Source of the DNA: the human T2T-CHM13v2.0 reference genome, Homo sapiens
Assembly (NCBI RefSeq): GCF_009914755.1
Contig: NC_060939.1
Direction: 5' to 3' (one strand)
DNA length: 64,000 nt
Both the position numbers and the translations under genes were made by a program. Below, in pieces: positions 24,341 through 37,640 of the stretch (position 1 is its first letter; each line of letters opens with the position of its first letter). The notes beneath the pieces were generated by a model that had not been told where the DNA came from, made no database searches, and saw nothing but the letters and a program-made list of their open reading frames with translations.

Positions 24341-25150
24341 TTCCACTTATGTTTCCTATTTTTTGTTTTCTTCCATTGGCTGTTTTTTTGTATAAACTGT
24401 AGACAGAAGCAAAGTGGCTCTCATTTATAAATGAATTTGCTGATTCCCACAGAGGAACCTTATCTTGTCTGACCAGTGCCCAAATTTCTTCCCCTGCAAA
24501 CAAACTGACGCAAAGAAAACACTCTGCCAAAGAGCCAGGCAGGAAAAGACTGTGGTGCTTGGCCCTGTAGGGGGACCTTGTATAATGCGTGTGTGGCTTC
24601 CGAGGAGTTGCTCGGGGGCAGAGGCTGAGGTTGGGAATGCCAAGATGAGGCTTTTCCTCTAGCAGGGCCAGATGCCTTTCAAGAGCATTCGGTGGACCGA
24701 GAGGGAATCAGGAGCAGGGGCAGGTGTGTCTTCCTCCTCATGCCAACACCATACTGCTGAGGACAGACCCTCTCTCAGCCCACACTCTGCATGCAACAGA
24801 TATGCCCCTTGCCCCCCAGATGCCCGCAGGAGGCCTTTGTGCACAGTCACCAAGTGCAAGGAGCACTCCAAGGCTTAAAGCACCTAGTCACCTGGCAGGT
24901 GACCTCAGGAAGAGCCATCCTCTCTGGCCAAGTACCTGCACCATTGGGCAAAGGGCTCCTGTGTCTCTTATCCACTCCATTTATGATCTGTCAGCCAGTG
25001 AGAAAGACGAGGATAGCAAACACATTCCGCCAGCTCTGGATGGAACGTGCCTTTCAGAAGCGGGAGGCCCTCCAGCCGCAGTGGTTCTTAGGTCTCACAG
25101 AACCACGGGATGGCTTTTAAAGGAAGTGTCCTGTGTGTCGAATCTTTCAG

Positions 25151-25287
25151 CTGAAAGTGGACAAAGTAGCGGGCAGTTCCAAGGGCGGCCCTCGGAAGTC
25201 TGGTCGCAGTGGCAAAGCCAGCACCATGGCCAGCAGAGCGGTGAGCAGCACTCCCACCAGCAGCCCGGTCAGACTGAAGTGTTCCAG
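25151..25287 (+). CDS. ARNT2: ARNT2 exon 18, 137 nt, (A)ESGQSSGQFQGRPSEVWSQWQSQHHGQQ...TEVFQ
   Basis: tctttcag| acceptor, cag|gtaaat donor; ARNT-family EVWSQWQ motif. Confidence 0.97.
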
Positions 25288-26368
25288 GTAAATCGAGCGA
25301 GCACCGCCTTCTCGTAGGTACCGGCGCCTTCTCTCTGCTTCCTTTCCCCCTCGGTCTCTGCCGCACCACCGCCTGCCCGATAGCCGTCGTGAGTTCTGGC
25401 CCAGCCTGGGCTCGAGGGAGTCCAGGAGTAGAAAGCCCCATCCTACCCAGCCAGAAACGTCAGGTGCATGTGGGAAGGAGAAGGGGCTGATGTAGCCTTC
25501 GAGCTAAGCCACACAATAGAGGAGGCTGCAGTTGGAGATGCTTCCCAGACTCCAGAGCTATCCAGGGTAGAGGCACAAAACCAAGGCCAAAGGGGGTCTC
25601 TCCTAAGAGCTGCAGGCACCCCCAGGCTTGGCTGTCTGTCACTGGCTGACCCTCTTTCTTCCCACCGTAGCCCCCAGGATGTGGAGGACATCCCCACCCA
25701 GGCCCTTGCTCAGTGCCAGCCTTGCCCTGGCTCTGCTCTCCTCTGTGGTTAAGCTCAGGGAGAGTCCCCGATTGAGGATACCTGGGCACCTTGAAACTCT
25801 CCATTATTTGAGACCTTTCTAGACCATCCCTCGTGTCTAAGGCAGACTGTGTGGCTGGGGATGGCACTGCTGCAGCCCCACAGAGCAGGCCCCTGCCCTT
25901 TGTGGGCTTCCTTGGCTCAACTTTCAGCCAGAAACATTCCTACTGGAAGGCTTCAAATGGAGGTACGAGCCCATTAACTCCCCTTCAGCCATCCCTCCAG
26001 GTCCTTCTAACAGGAACCCAGGCACGTCCTGCATGCCCCAGGCCTGCCCTGCAAAGCAATGATAGGGGCAGGAACCACATCGTGGGAGGGTTCTGAGACT
26101 CCCAGGATTGCAACCCCTCCTTCTCAAGAATCAGTGCTCCATATACCCCACCCTCATCCCAAGCCCCTCTCCTGCCGGGGTCAGCTGTGTCTTCACAGAC
26201 AAAGGCCTGGGACTCAGATGTCACTCAGGGCAGCATTCTGTGAATGTACAGGGGAACGGCTCACCCAGGCCTTCGCCTGCCTCCCCTGACTGCAGCCATC
26301 TCCTCCTTCCTCCTTCTGTAAGGCCTTGTTCCTTGCCCATTCTGAGGCCCCACAGCAACCCTGTAAGG

Positions 26369-26635
26369 CAGAATTTCCTGACATGGATCTTCATGGTCAC
26401 GATGCTAAAAAGAATTCTTGGCCAAATAAGCTTACGAAAAACTGGTTAAACAAAGTTATTGAGTTTCTTTATTGCAGGACGTATCAGAGCTTTTATTACA
26501 CCAATAAGGACTGGATTTCTAGGAGGTAGGCAAAGTGTGCCTTGTTTCCCAAACTTATTTGTCCACAGAATTCTTTTCTCACAGAGTATCACATGGGCTG
26601 AGAATTCAACAGAACACATGTTGGGGAATTGGCTG
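26369..26635. mobile_element. hAT-Charlie MITE (MER103C-like)
   Basis: Internal inverted repeat aagaattcttggccaaataag / cttatttgtccacagaattctt; ggttaaacaaagtta...tttattgcagga core. Confidence 0.6.
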
Positions 26636-27182
26636 TAAGAAACTAAAATAGTGCTATTCCCGTTTTCTGGATGGGTCATCTGAGGCCCAGAGGACTGGAA
26701 AGACATGTTGAAACTGAAATCTAACCATTCAGGGATTCGTCCCTGCGCTAAGATAAACATGGAAGACAGGCCAGCCAGGTCTCCACATACATCTTCCTTC
26801 CACTCCACTCTGCGTTGCATTTCTCTTATATTTTGGCCATCTGCTATCTGTTAGGTGCACCTTGCTTGGGGCCAGCCTGGGGTCTCCCCGCCAGTGGGGT
26901 TCTCGTCTACCCTGGGTCCCTGACTCAACCTTAGATAGACAAAGGGCATGTCCTAATGCCGTTTACCTGCTGTCACAACAGCTCCCTGGGGAGAACAGTT
27001 TCCCCGGGTCTCAGACATTTGAGGACCCTTGCAGAGCATCCCGCAGAAGGCTGGGGAGGACCTCTGGGCTGCCCCTTTAGGGATGGCCATGAGGGTGAGT
27101 GCAGACTGGGCTCCTGGGACATGCCCAGTGCACGGACAGAGGAGCTGACTCCCCTGTGGCTCTCTTTTCCTCTCCTCTGCAG

Positions 27183-27281
27183 GACATGCTGCCCATGCCA
27201 GGAGATCCAACCCAGGGGACTGGCAACTATAACATCGAAGACTTTGCCGACCTGGGCATGTTTCCACCGTTTTCTGAGTAG
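27183..27281 (+). CDS. ARNT2: ARNT2 last exon, coding part DMLPMPGDPTQGTGNYNIEDFADLGMFPPFSE*
   Basis: Long pyrimidine tract ending ctctgcag|; ARNT-family C-terminal MFPPFSE; TAG stop at 27279-27281. Confidence 0.98.
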   Translation, partial: DMLPMPGDPTQGTGNYNIEDFADLGMFPPFSE

Positions 27282-30200
27282 CTGCGGCCAGAGTGAGGCT
27301 CCTGCTGTACAGTGCCACCCATACTGTGATGTCGATGCCCATGTGAATGAGGCCCACCCTCGCCCTGCTTGCCCTGCCGCAGGCCCCCCACCAGAAGCCA
27401 TCTCCCCCGCTGTGTGTCCCCAGGCGCATCATTGCTCCACTCTCCCCTGCAGCCGCGGCTGCTCGGCCACTGACCAGGGGCCCTGGCAGACATTAGGGGA
27501 TCAGTTGTATTTATTGTATTTTATCTGTGTGTGCTCAGGAGGTGAGCCTAGTGGGTCCTTAAGTTTGGTTGTGAATAATCTCTTGATAGACAATTTATAC
27601 CCATGAAAGTTCAGCCAATGCCCAGAGTGACCAAGCAGCACCAGCAGGCCTGCCCAGGATGCTGAAAGCAGATTTCTTCTTGATTTCACTTCTGATGGAT
27701 GCATGGGGCTCTGGGGGAATGCTGGGAAAATGGGCAAGCAGAGTGCACAGCCCTCGTTCTGCCAGCTGGAGCCAAGAAGCACAGAGACACAGAGGCGCCT
27801 GCCCCTCAGCTCCGCTGGTCTGTCTGTGCATCCACTGTGCCGTGGGACATATGTAATTTGTGCAGTGTGACATGGACTTGCTGTCCTAATGGATGTGTTG
27901 TGCCTTGTGTCTGTCATGTGTGGCCAGCGTGATTGTATAGAATCCAGAGTATGTAGAGAGCCAAAATGTGTGGCCCTGTCCCCAAGCTCAGCACCACCGG
28001 CCATGACCAGAGGTTGCTCGGCCCAGGGTCTGGGAGCTGGGCTAACAGGCTGACACTTCGGCAGGGTCACCAGGAGGCACAGCTAGGGGCATGCTCACAT
28101 GGGTAGGTCAGTTCTTTGGTCCAAGCCTCTGGTGCAGATTCAAGCTCCTCCTCTTAGAGGAAGCAGCTCCTTCCTCCCACAGGAGCCCCAAGGGAGCACT
28201 CACCCTCCTCCCAATTGGATCTGAATAGCTGTGTTCCTGATCCCACATAAGCATGTCTCATCCTTGCCCCACTGGTGAGAGGAGGACCTTGTGCCTGCCC
28301 AGAGCCTGCAGGACAGCACGCCTTGAGGTCAGAGGCCTGGCCCTTCTTTACAGATGTAGATAGCAGGGTAGGACGCCCAGGCCTTCTCACATGGGCACCA
28401 TGAAACACTTTCTTCCAGGCCACCTGAGCCTTCGTTCTTCAGCCCGACTGGAGGAACAGCAGCTCTGGGAGGCACAGAGTGCAGGTCTCAGGGGCAGAAG
28501 ACATGGGTTCCAGTTCTGGTTCTGCCACACACCCACCGGCCTTGAATTTCTCTGGTGGTCTCAAGACAAGAACAAGAGCTGACTCTAGAATCTTCTGCCT
28601 GGCTGACCTCTGAGCCCATGATCCCTGGCTTGCTGTGCTTCTCTTGGATTTGAGGAGAGTTTATGAATCCATCCCCCTGTTTTCAGGGACCTCTGCCTTC
28701 TCCCACACCCCTTACACTAGTGAGGACTCCTTCGGCCTCTTGTGTTTCCTTCCTTTTGTGACCATTACGCCCCCTCCCTGTTTCTTATCACCAGCCCATC
28801 AGCCCACTGACTCCCATATGGTAGAAAAGGTACCGTGGCTGCTGCAGGGCACATGGAGGGACCTACCCTCTGGGAAAGCCCTTGTGTCCCTCCCAGAGTC
28901 CTTCAGGTAGGCCCTCGCAGATGCTGCTTGCTCAGAAACAACCCGTGCATCCCTGCCCATGGATTCTGCAGGACCTAGAAGAGTGGCATTGGTTCTAGGA
29001 ACCTGAGAGTGGAGTGAGGCCAGCATGCAGGAAGGAGTTTGGAGAGAGTGTTTGCTGTGATCCATTGAAAGCTCCACATTAAACCCCAGCCCTGTCTGGC
29101 CAGGGAGATCCATGTGCTCAATGTTGCTGGGGGACCTACAAAAGTCAAACATTGCTCAGTAAAATGCCTTTGGCTGGTCGCCAGCTGTGCATGACTGCAG
29201 TTCCTAGACTCTAACTTAACCCCAACTTTGCAGTTTCTAGAGCTTTTTGTCTGTAATGGTGATTGGGTCTCCACTGTAGATGCATGCAGTGTTCACTCCA
29301 ACCTCAGAGGCTTTCTTGCTTCTGGGGAAATGGCAGGTGGTTGAAACCCTGCACATCCTCCCAGGGCCAGCCCCAGAATGGGCCTTTCTCTGCCTGCCCT
29401 GCCCTTGGGGCCACCTCTGCCTCCAGCAGGCTTGAGCTTGCCCCAGGCCTTGGGCATAATTATTTCCCCCCAAAAAAGGCACAAAAATAGGTTTTGGATC
29501 AAAGAAGTGTTTCTCAGTGAAATGAAAACAGTCTTTTTATAGCCTTTAGCTTGTGAGTTTGGAAGTTTGGGGGGTCTTATGTTTGTTTTGCCTCTTCTGT
29601 TTCTTGGAGGAGAGTTGAGGCTTTTCTTAGGTGCATACACAGACCCAGGTGAACACGCTGACTGTGAACCTGCCCTGTATCCGGAGCTGTGCTGGGCACT
29701 GAGGGGATGCAACAAAATTAGGAGAGGATCCTTGCTCCCAACGTCTACTTCTCCTACCTCAACAGGGGTCCAGGGTGCAGTGAACTCAGTTCTTGGCCCT
29801 TGGGTGAGGATTCATGGATGAATGAAAGCTAGACCTGATGGGGAGGCATTATGACTAAATAGGCCCAGCCTCCTTCCCTTCCAGCTCTGTCCTAGGAGCA
29901 TAGGCGGGAAATCTGAGTAGAGTCTGACTGCAGTTTTTGCTTATGATTTGTAAAAGCCGTCATGGGGTCAATAAGAAAATAGGGGTGATGGAGGGGGAGA
30001 AGCCCAGGACTGGGAGAATCGCACATGCCCCAGGGGTTTTCACCAAGGATTTTCAAGACAAACTGGAGTAAGAATTAAAGCCCCAGAGGATTTAATTATC
30101 CTGGTTTGCAAAAGAGCCTCCCATGCCAGTACCGCCCAGCCTTGGAGGCCGGAATGCTCATGGCCCCTGTGGTCTGCTTGTCCTTCAGCCCATGCCCAGC

Positions 30201-31515
30201 AGATACCTCTCTGACTGGAGACGGGCTCAAAGCTGGATTAGAAAGGGGAGAGGCACTTGTGACTTTGTTTGACTCTGTGACTCACTTCCTCGCTCACACC
30301 TTGTTTGAACTACTGGACTTTCAACTGGCTTTCCTTAGGTCAGGCAAGCAGACAGCTCCCCACTGAAGAGGTCTGTACAGTGACAACCCGGGCCGGCAGC
30401 AAGGACACAGATGCAGCCACAGTAAGGCTCCATCAGGACTGGGTCAGTGATGGCAACAGGATGGCCAAGGATGGCTCTAGAACACTCTGTCCATGCGTCA
30501 CTCCCCCCAGTTTTATTTTTAGCTTTGGCTTCAGGGAGTGACAGCCATCACAAATAGCCACATTCTGCTCTACTCTCCAACATACCAGATTCTACACTGT
30601 TGTTATTTCATGAGACGTGAATGTTGCAGAGAGTGGGGGGATTCTGGTTGTTAAGGAACTTACACTGGGGAGCTTTACTCTTCCGTGTCAACAATGTGAC
30701 TACATGTTCTCCAGATTAGCCACACATGCAAACATCAGTGTCCTTCTAGCTTTAGCCGAGAAAGAAACCAGTCCCAGGGAATGAATGGTGGTCTCCCCAC
30801 TCCCGGCAGCACTTTAGGCAGCCCATAAGCTATGCGAGAATGTGAACGCTCACCTTGCTCCGTCACGGTTCTGACCTACCACATAAACAGGAAGAAGCCA
30901 GTGACCGGAACAGCTCTAGGAATAACAAGTCAGAATAGAAGTGTCCTTTATATTACCAGAAAATATGGGCTTGGCCTAAGTCGCTGTCTCCTAACCTGCC
31001 GGGGTCATTCCCCACCAAACACCCCATACTAAGGAGCCATGAGCCACCTGGACATTCACCTTTTCTTTGACCATCTGGAGTCTGGGGCAACTTAAGGAGG
31101 CACCACACAGTGGTGCAGGCACATTTCCAAGCGTAGGTGTCCCTGGCTTTTGTGGCCAAAGCTAGTGTTATGGTCAACAACAGGCCAGGGTCTGTGGGGC
31201 ACTGACCTTGAAAGTGGCAAAATGGAGGTTTCACAGGCTGTGCGGGAGCAGGACGGCTTGCTTCATCTAACAATCTCAGTTTCCTTTAAAAAAAGAAAGA
31301 AAGGAAAAGATTTCATAAGCAGGTGTCAGTGGACAGTTTAAGTACTTAACCATTTCTCTTTCTTCTTATGGATGTGAACTGTGCTGTGGATAAATCATTT
31401 GTATTTCTTGAATGTTCTCTATGACTAACAGTTATTAAGTCGGTTGTGTATATGTGTAACTAATGTAACTGCCTTTTAAAATTTCATTACAATAAAAATG
31501 ACTTTGCTCTGAACA
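27282..31515 (+). other. ARNT2: ARNT2 3'UTR (~4.2 kb)
   Basis: From the stop codon to just past AATAAA at 31491; no recognisable Alu/L1 inside; the 3' end is approximate. Confidence 0.85.
31447..31496 (+). terminator. Polyadenylation signal AATAAA (31491-31496) with three upstream TGTA (CFIm) elements
   Basis: TGTA at 31447, 31455 and 31464, then AATAAA in AT-rich context. Confidence 0.85.
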
Positions 31516-31687
31516 ACAAATGGCCCAGGCCAAGTTTGTAATTGAACCATCCTTGAAACCTGCCCTTTGCATTACACTCCCTCCTATGGGCTGTATTGTG
31601 TCATAATCTGTAAAGGATGTGGCGTACATTATACTAAAGAGTGACCCTTTTGGAGGTTTAGCTTCTTAGGATAGAAAAGGAAACTAG

Positions 31688-31820
31688 GGCTGGGCACAGT
31701 GGCTCAGGCCTGTAATCCCAGCACTTTGGGAGGCTGAGGTGGGAAGATCACTGGAGCCCAGGGGTTTGAGAACAGCTTGAGCAACAAAGCAAGACCCTGT
31801 CTCAAAACAAAACAAACAAA
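31688..31820 (+). mobile_element. FLAM / Alu left monomer
   Basis: Single arm with (CAAAA)n tail; TSD aaagga(a/g)ctag. Confidence 0.85.
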
Positions 31821-32179
31821 GGAAGCTAGCATATCAGTCATATTGCATTAGAACCAACAGAAAATAAATAAACAAATAATAAAAGGAAACACAATTCTTG
31901 ACCGTCTGTGTTAGGCAAGGCTCTCTAGAAGCTTCCTTACAAATGCTATTTTTGTTAATACAAATCTGATATGTGGTTACTCTCCCTGGTTTACAGATGG
32001 AGAAACTGGAACTCAGAGAAGTTAAGAAAATACAGGAAGGAAATGGCAGAACCAGGATATTGAACTCAGGTCTCAGTCCAAAACCCTGTATATATTGTCC
32101 TATTCAAACATTCTTCTTATTATTTTTTAATCCTTACAAAATTGTTAGTGTTTTAATATGCTGATGCCTCTAGTAAATA

Positions 32180-32608
32180 CAATTGACTCTTGAACAACAT
32201 GGGTTTGAACTGTGTAGGTCCACTTACACGTGGATTTTCTTCCATCCACCTCTGCCAGCCCTGAGACAGGAAGACCTCCTCTTCCTCCTCCTCCTCAGCC
32301 TACTCAACGTGAAGATGACAAGGATGGAGACCTTTGTGAAGAGCCACTTCCACTTAATGAATAGTAAATATACTGTCTCTTCCTTATGATTTTCTTAACA
32401 TTTTCTTTTCTCTAGCTTACTTAACTGTAAGAATACAGTATATAACACATCTAAAATATGTGTTAATTAACTGTTTTATGTTATCTATATTCTGGTCAAC
32501 GGTAGATTATTAGTTGTTAAGTTTTAGGGGAGTCAAAATTTATACATGGACTTTCAACTGCATGAAGAGTAGGCGTCCCTAACCCCCATGATGTTCAAGG
32601 GTCAACTG
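32180..32608 (+). mobile_element. Tigger2a (TcMar-Tigger), complete
   Basis: TIRs caattgactcttgaaca / tgttcaagggtcaactg flanked by TA target duplications. Confidence 0.9.
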
Positions 32609-32779
32609 TACTTACAAATTCTATTGTTCCTCTGCCAAAAGAGAACTTTTTGGATTCTAGCAAAATGGCAGACTAAAATTGTTTTAAAACTCTTCCATCA
32701 AACACCTAGCATTGCTAGTTTTTACAGCTTTATTGATCTATTATTGACATAAAGTAGACTGCACGTATTTAAAGTATAC

Positions 32780-35700
32780 ATAAAATTCTGTGACCCTGAG
32801 TTAAATATAGACTTCTTAGATACTACACCAAAAGCATGATCCATCAAAGAATAAATTGACAAATTAGACTACATAAATATTAAAGGCATTTGCTTTTCAA
32901 AAGACACTGCTAAGAGCATGAAAAGATAAGCCACTGATGGGAGAAAACATTCACAAGTCATGTATCTGACAAAGGACTAGTACCTAGAATATGTGAAGAA
33001 CTCTTACAATGGAATAAAACAAATGACTCAGTACAAAACAGGCAAAAAATCTGAACAGGCACGTCACCACAGAAAATATACAGATGGCAAATAAGCATGT
33101 GGAAAAAACTGATTACCATCATTAGTCATCAAGGAAATGGAAAATAAAATATACAGTGACTCTAATATTTGGCTAAAATGTAAAAAGACTGATGATAGCA
33201 AGTGTTGCCCAGGATATGGAGCAACTAGAACCCTCATAAAGGCAAAATGGTACAGCCACTTTGAGTAACAGTTTCTTAGGAAGTTAATCATCCACTCATC
33301 TTATGACCTAGCTTTTTCATACCTAGCTATTTGCCCAGGAGAAATAAAAACATATTTCCAAACAAAGACTTGAATAGGAATATTCATTGCAGTTTCATAT
33401 GTAATAGCCATGAGGGAAAAACAACCTAAATGTCCATCAGTAGGTGAGTGGATAAACAAATTGTGGTACCACCACACAGTGGAATACTACCCAGCAATAA
33501 AAAGGAACAAAGCACAGATACAATCAACAGCATAAACAGAGCTCGAAAACATTATGCAGAGCAAAAAATGCCAGGCACAAACATACACAATGATTGCACT
33601 TATATGAAACTCTAGATAAGACTTATCCAATCAGAAAGCAGATCGTTGGTTGCTGGCCGGAGGAGTAAGTGGGAGGAGGCACAAGGGAAGTTTGTGAGAT
33701 GATGAAAAGGTTCTATATCTTTCTTGTGTGATGGTCACAAAGGTGTATACAAATCACAAAACTCATCAAACCCTTCATTTAAGATGGGTACATTAAATTC
33801 TGTTGTGCATAGGTTGTCTCTAAATAAAGTTGATGTAAAAATAATCACAGCAGTTTCTTGTGGAATTTGTCAAGTTGATTTCAAATTTCCTATGGAAGAA
33901 AAAATGATAGGCAGTAAATTTTGTTGAATAAGATCTAAAAAAGAAAAGAAAGAGGGAGAAAGAGGAAGAAAAGGAGAAAAAAGAGCCAGCCTTTATCCCA
34001 CCGGACAGTGGGAAGCTTTATCATTAGAAGTGTGGGGTTGGGCCAGGCATGGTGGCTCACACCTCTAATCCCAGCACTTTGGGAAGCTGAGAGGTAAGGA
34101 TCCCTTGAGCCCAGGAGTTCAAAACCAACATCATGGTGAGGCCCCATCCCTACAAAAAAGAGATGAATGGCTTGAGCCCAGGAGTTCGAGGCTACAGTGA
34201 GCTATGATCACACCACTGCACTCCTGACTGAGTGACAGAGTGAGACCCCCTTTCTCTAAAAAAAAAAAAAAAGTGTAAGGTTAGCATGGAGATGGAAAAG
34301 TAGATCACAGAACACAACAAAGAACCTAGAAATCCACAGACATTCAGAAAGAAGCTTGGAAGAGTCAGCATTACAAATCACAGGGACCAGCTAGACTTCC
34401 AATAGATGGTGCTCGAGGAAAGAATGTAGGAAAAGAAATCTTCATACTCTCATCTCACACCCTATAGAAAAAATAAACTCTACACAGATGAAAACATCGC
34501 AAGGCTAAAGGCAATATATGTAAAACATTTAGAAAAAATCTAGGAGAATATATTTTAAAAATCAAGTCTTGGAAGGATTTCTTAAACCCGGCACAAAGAC
34601 AACAAACAATGAAGTAAAATATTGATAAAGTTTAACTCAATTTAAAAAATCAGCCTCAAAAAATGTAACAGTCCATTAACTGGTAGAAAATATTTGCAAT
34701 TTGTATACCCAAAAATGTAGTATTCAGAATAAATGAAAGATTCCTAAAAGTCAATTTAAAAAAATAGAACTCAATAGAAAAATGGTCAAAGAATTTGAGT
34801 TGTGAGTTCATAGAAAATCAGATGGCATTAAATCTATTAGAAGACGCTGAACTTCATTGTAATTAAGGGAAAGGCAAAATTAAAACAAAATAAATGCTTA
34901 TGTCGCTCAGATTTACTACGTCTGATAACATGATTGTTACTGAGGATATGGGGAGACAGGAATTCTATTTCCTAGCTAGTGGAAAATAGCATACTTGCTC
35001 TGAAAAAGATGACATTTATCAGTACCATTTTTCCAACAGCATATTGGAATGTCAAAGATGTACAAACCCATGACAGTGATTCTAATTCCAACTGTCTGTT
35101 CTACAAAACGTCTCACATATACACAAGAAGACAGATAAAAAGATATTTATTGCTCTGTGTGTAAGAGTGAAAAAGTGGAAGAAAATAATCTATCCTTTAG
35201 TAGAGAAATGAATAAATTGTGATTTAGGTACACAAAGGAATATATCGCAGCACTTAAATACCTTGTTGCAGATGCAAAAATTCTAAAAATATAACATTGA
35301 ATTTAACTGCTGTGCATATTTTTATAACTCAACATATTAACATATTTTGTAAATAAATAGATAATTGGTCAAAGAAAGAAAAGAAAAATAACCTCATTGA
35401 TGCTAAAAACAATTCTGGATAATGTTTATCCTTAGAAGAAAGACATAGAATGACTTGTATGATTCAATTCCTTAAAACAGATTAAGAAAGAGAAAAAAAA
35501 AGAGGTATTGACTAAAAAGGAACAGAAAAGTAGCTGAGGCAATTATGGCAAAATGTTAAACAGCTGTTTCATTTCGGTAATGAGCACGTAAAATTCTATA
35601 ATACTTTTCTCAAAATGATGTATAATGGAAATATTTAATAATTAAACAGAACTCAGAAAGCAGACACTTAAATCTCACAACTAGTCAAAGAAATGCAAAT

Positions 35701-36200
35701 TAAAGTAACAATGGCATGACATTTTTCACCCCAATGGACTGGCAAAAGTGGGAATGAATGTGAAAGGATTGTCTTAGTTATTTTTGGTAAAAATAGAAAT
35801 TTTTGCAATTCATTTTGAGAGTGACGTGACAATATCTATTAAATAAAACTGTATCTTTGACTCAACTATCCCATCTCTAATAATCTGTCTTAGCGAAATA
35901 AGAATGTTGAATACAGATATATTTATAGAAATATTTATTGCCACCTTATTTTGTAGGGGTGGAAAACTGTAAATTAAGGCAAAGCTCACTGATAGAAGAA
36001 TGGATGAATACATTGGAGAATACCTACTTCATGAACTATCAGATAGCATTATTTCAATATATTAATAAATAAAATAAATAATCAGAAAATTATAAATGAA
36101 ATTAATCTATGTTGATAAAGCAAACATGACCAAAAGCACATTAGTTAGGTTCATGTGTGAGTACATGGTTGTATATATACATACATATGTACATGTAGAA
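32780..36200 (+). mobile_element. Block of old L1M (L1MC/ME-like) ORF2 and 3'UTR fragments
   Basis: A-rich; tacctagaatatgtgaagaactc, aaatgtccatcagtaggtgagtggataaacaaattgtggt; interrupted by an Alu at 34041. Confidence 0.8.
34041..34272 (+). mobile_element. AluJ with internal deletion
   Basis: Left arm joined to distal right arm; TSD aagtgt..ggtt. Confidence 0.88.
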
Positions 36201-36215
36201 AATGTATAAAGTATT

Positions 36216-36430
36216 CAGCCTGGGCAACATTGCAAGACCCTGTCTCTACAAAAAAAAAAAAAATTAATTAGCCAGGTGTGGTGGCACATACCTAGTAATC
36301 TTAGCTACTCAGGAGGTTGAGGTAGGAGGATCACTTGAGCCCTGGAGTTTGAGGCTGCAATAAGCCATAATCATGCCACAGCACTCTAGAGTCTAGGTGA
36401 CAGAATGACACCTTGTCTCAGAAAAAAAAA
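36216..36430 (+). mobile_element. 5'-truncated AluJ
   Basis: cagcctgggcaacattgcaagaccctgtc...; TSD aaaatgtataaa. Confidence 0.88.
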
Positions 36431-37144
36431 ATGTATAAAATACCATATTCACATTAATAAGCTGTATTTGGAGGGATTGTAGAAGCAGAGAAAGTAAGCA
36501 AAACTTAAAATAAATGTGTTACGTATAATAACATTGCATTTACGTGAAATTATTTACATATGCATTTATTCATTTATCTTGTGTATTTCTCCAAGAAAAA
36601 AAGGCATATGCCTTTATATGTATAACAGATGGATGAAAATCCCCTCATGATGGTCTCAACCTAATGGGATCTGAGGTGAAGTTCCCTTCCATCCTTGTAA
36701 CTTTTAATATGACTTGTTCTACAAAGAATATATATTACTTATAAAATCATTAAAAGTAATCTAAAGCAAATTGCCTGCCAGAATAAGAAGAGAATAAATG
36801 ATCACCCACAGTAACTTGAAATCTTGAACCACTATGGAATTTTGATGCCAAGGAGTGGGAAAGAGAAGGACACCTGTGTGCAATGGTAGAATGCACTCTA
36901 GCTGGACACACCTGTGGCAGATGGGAAGCTGAGTGGACTGCAGGGCACGATGAGGAGAAGAAGTACTGAATGAAGGCCAAAGGACCTGCCATGACCTAGG
37001 CTGGTGCTTTACCTGTAGTCCCTCTTTCAATCCTCAAAATAAACAGCTAACAAAAATATACCCTTTACATAGATGGAACAATATAATTATTTTTCTGATT
37101 TTTCTGATGATATACATTCATTGTTTTTAAAGTGAAGGGTATAG

Positions 37145-37640
<496 letters not shown>

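Noticed and set aside
27279-27296. Stop-codon readthrough (TAG CTG)
   Set aside because: Not the strong TGA-CTAG context, and it would add only a few residues before TGA
27987-28005. REST/RE1-like TCAGCACCAC
   Set aside because: Left half only; no GGACAG right half
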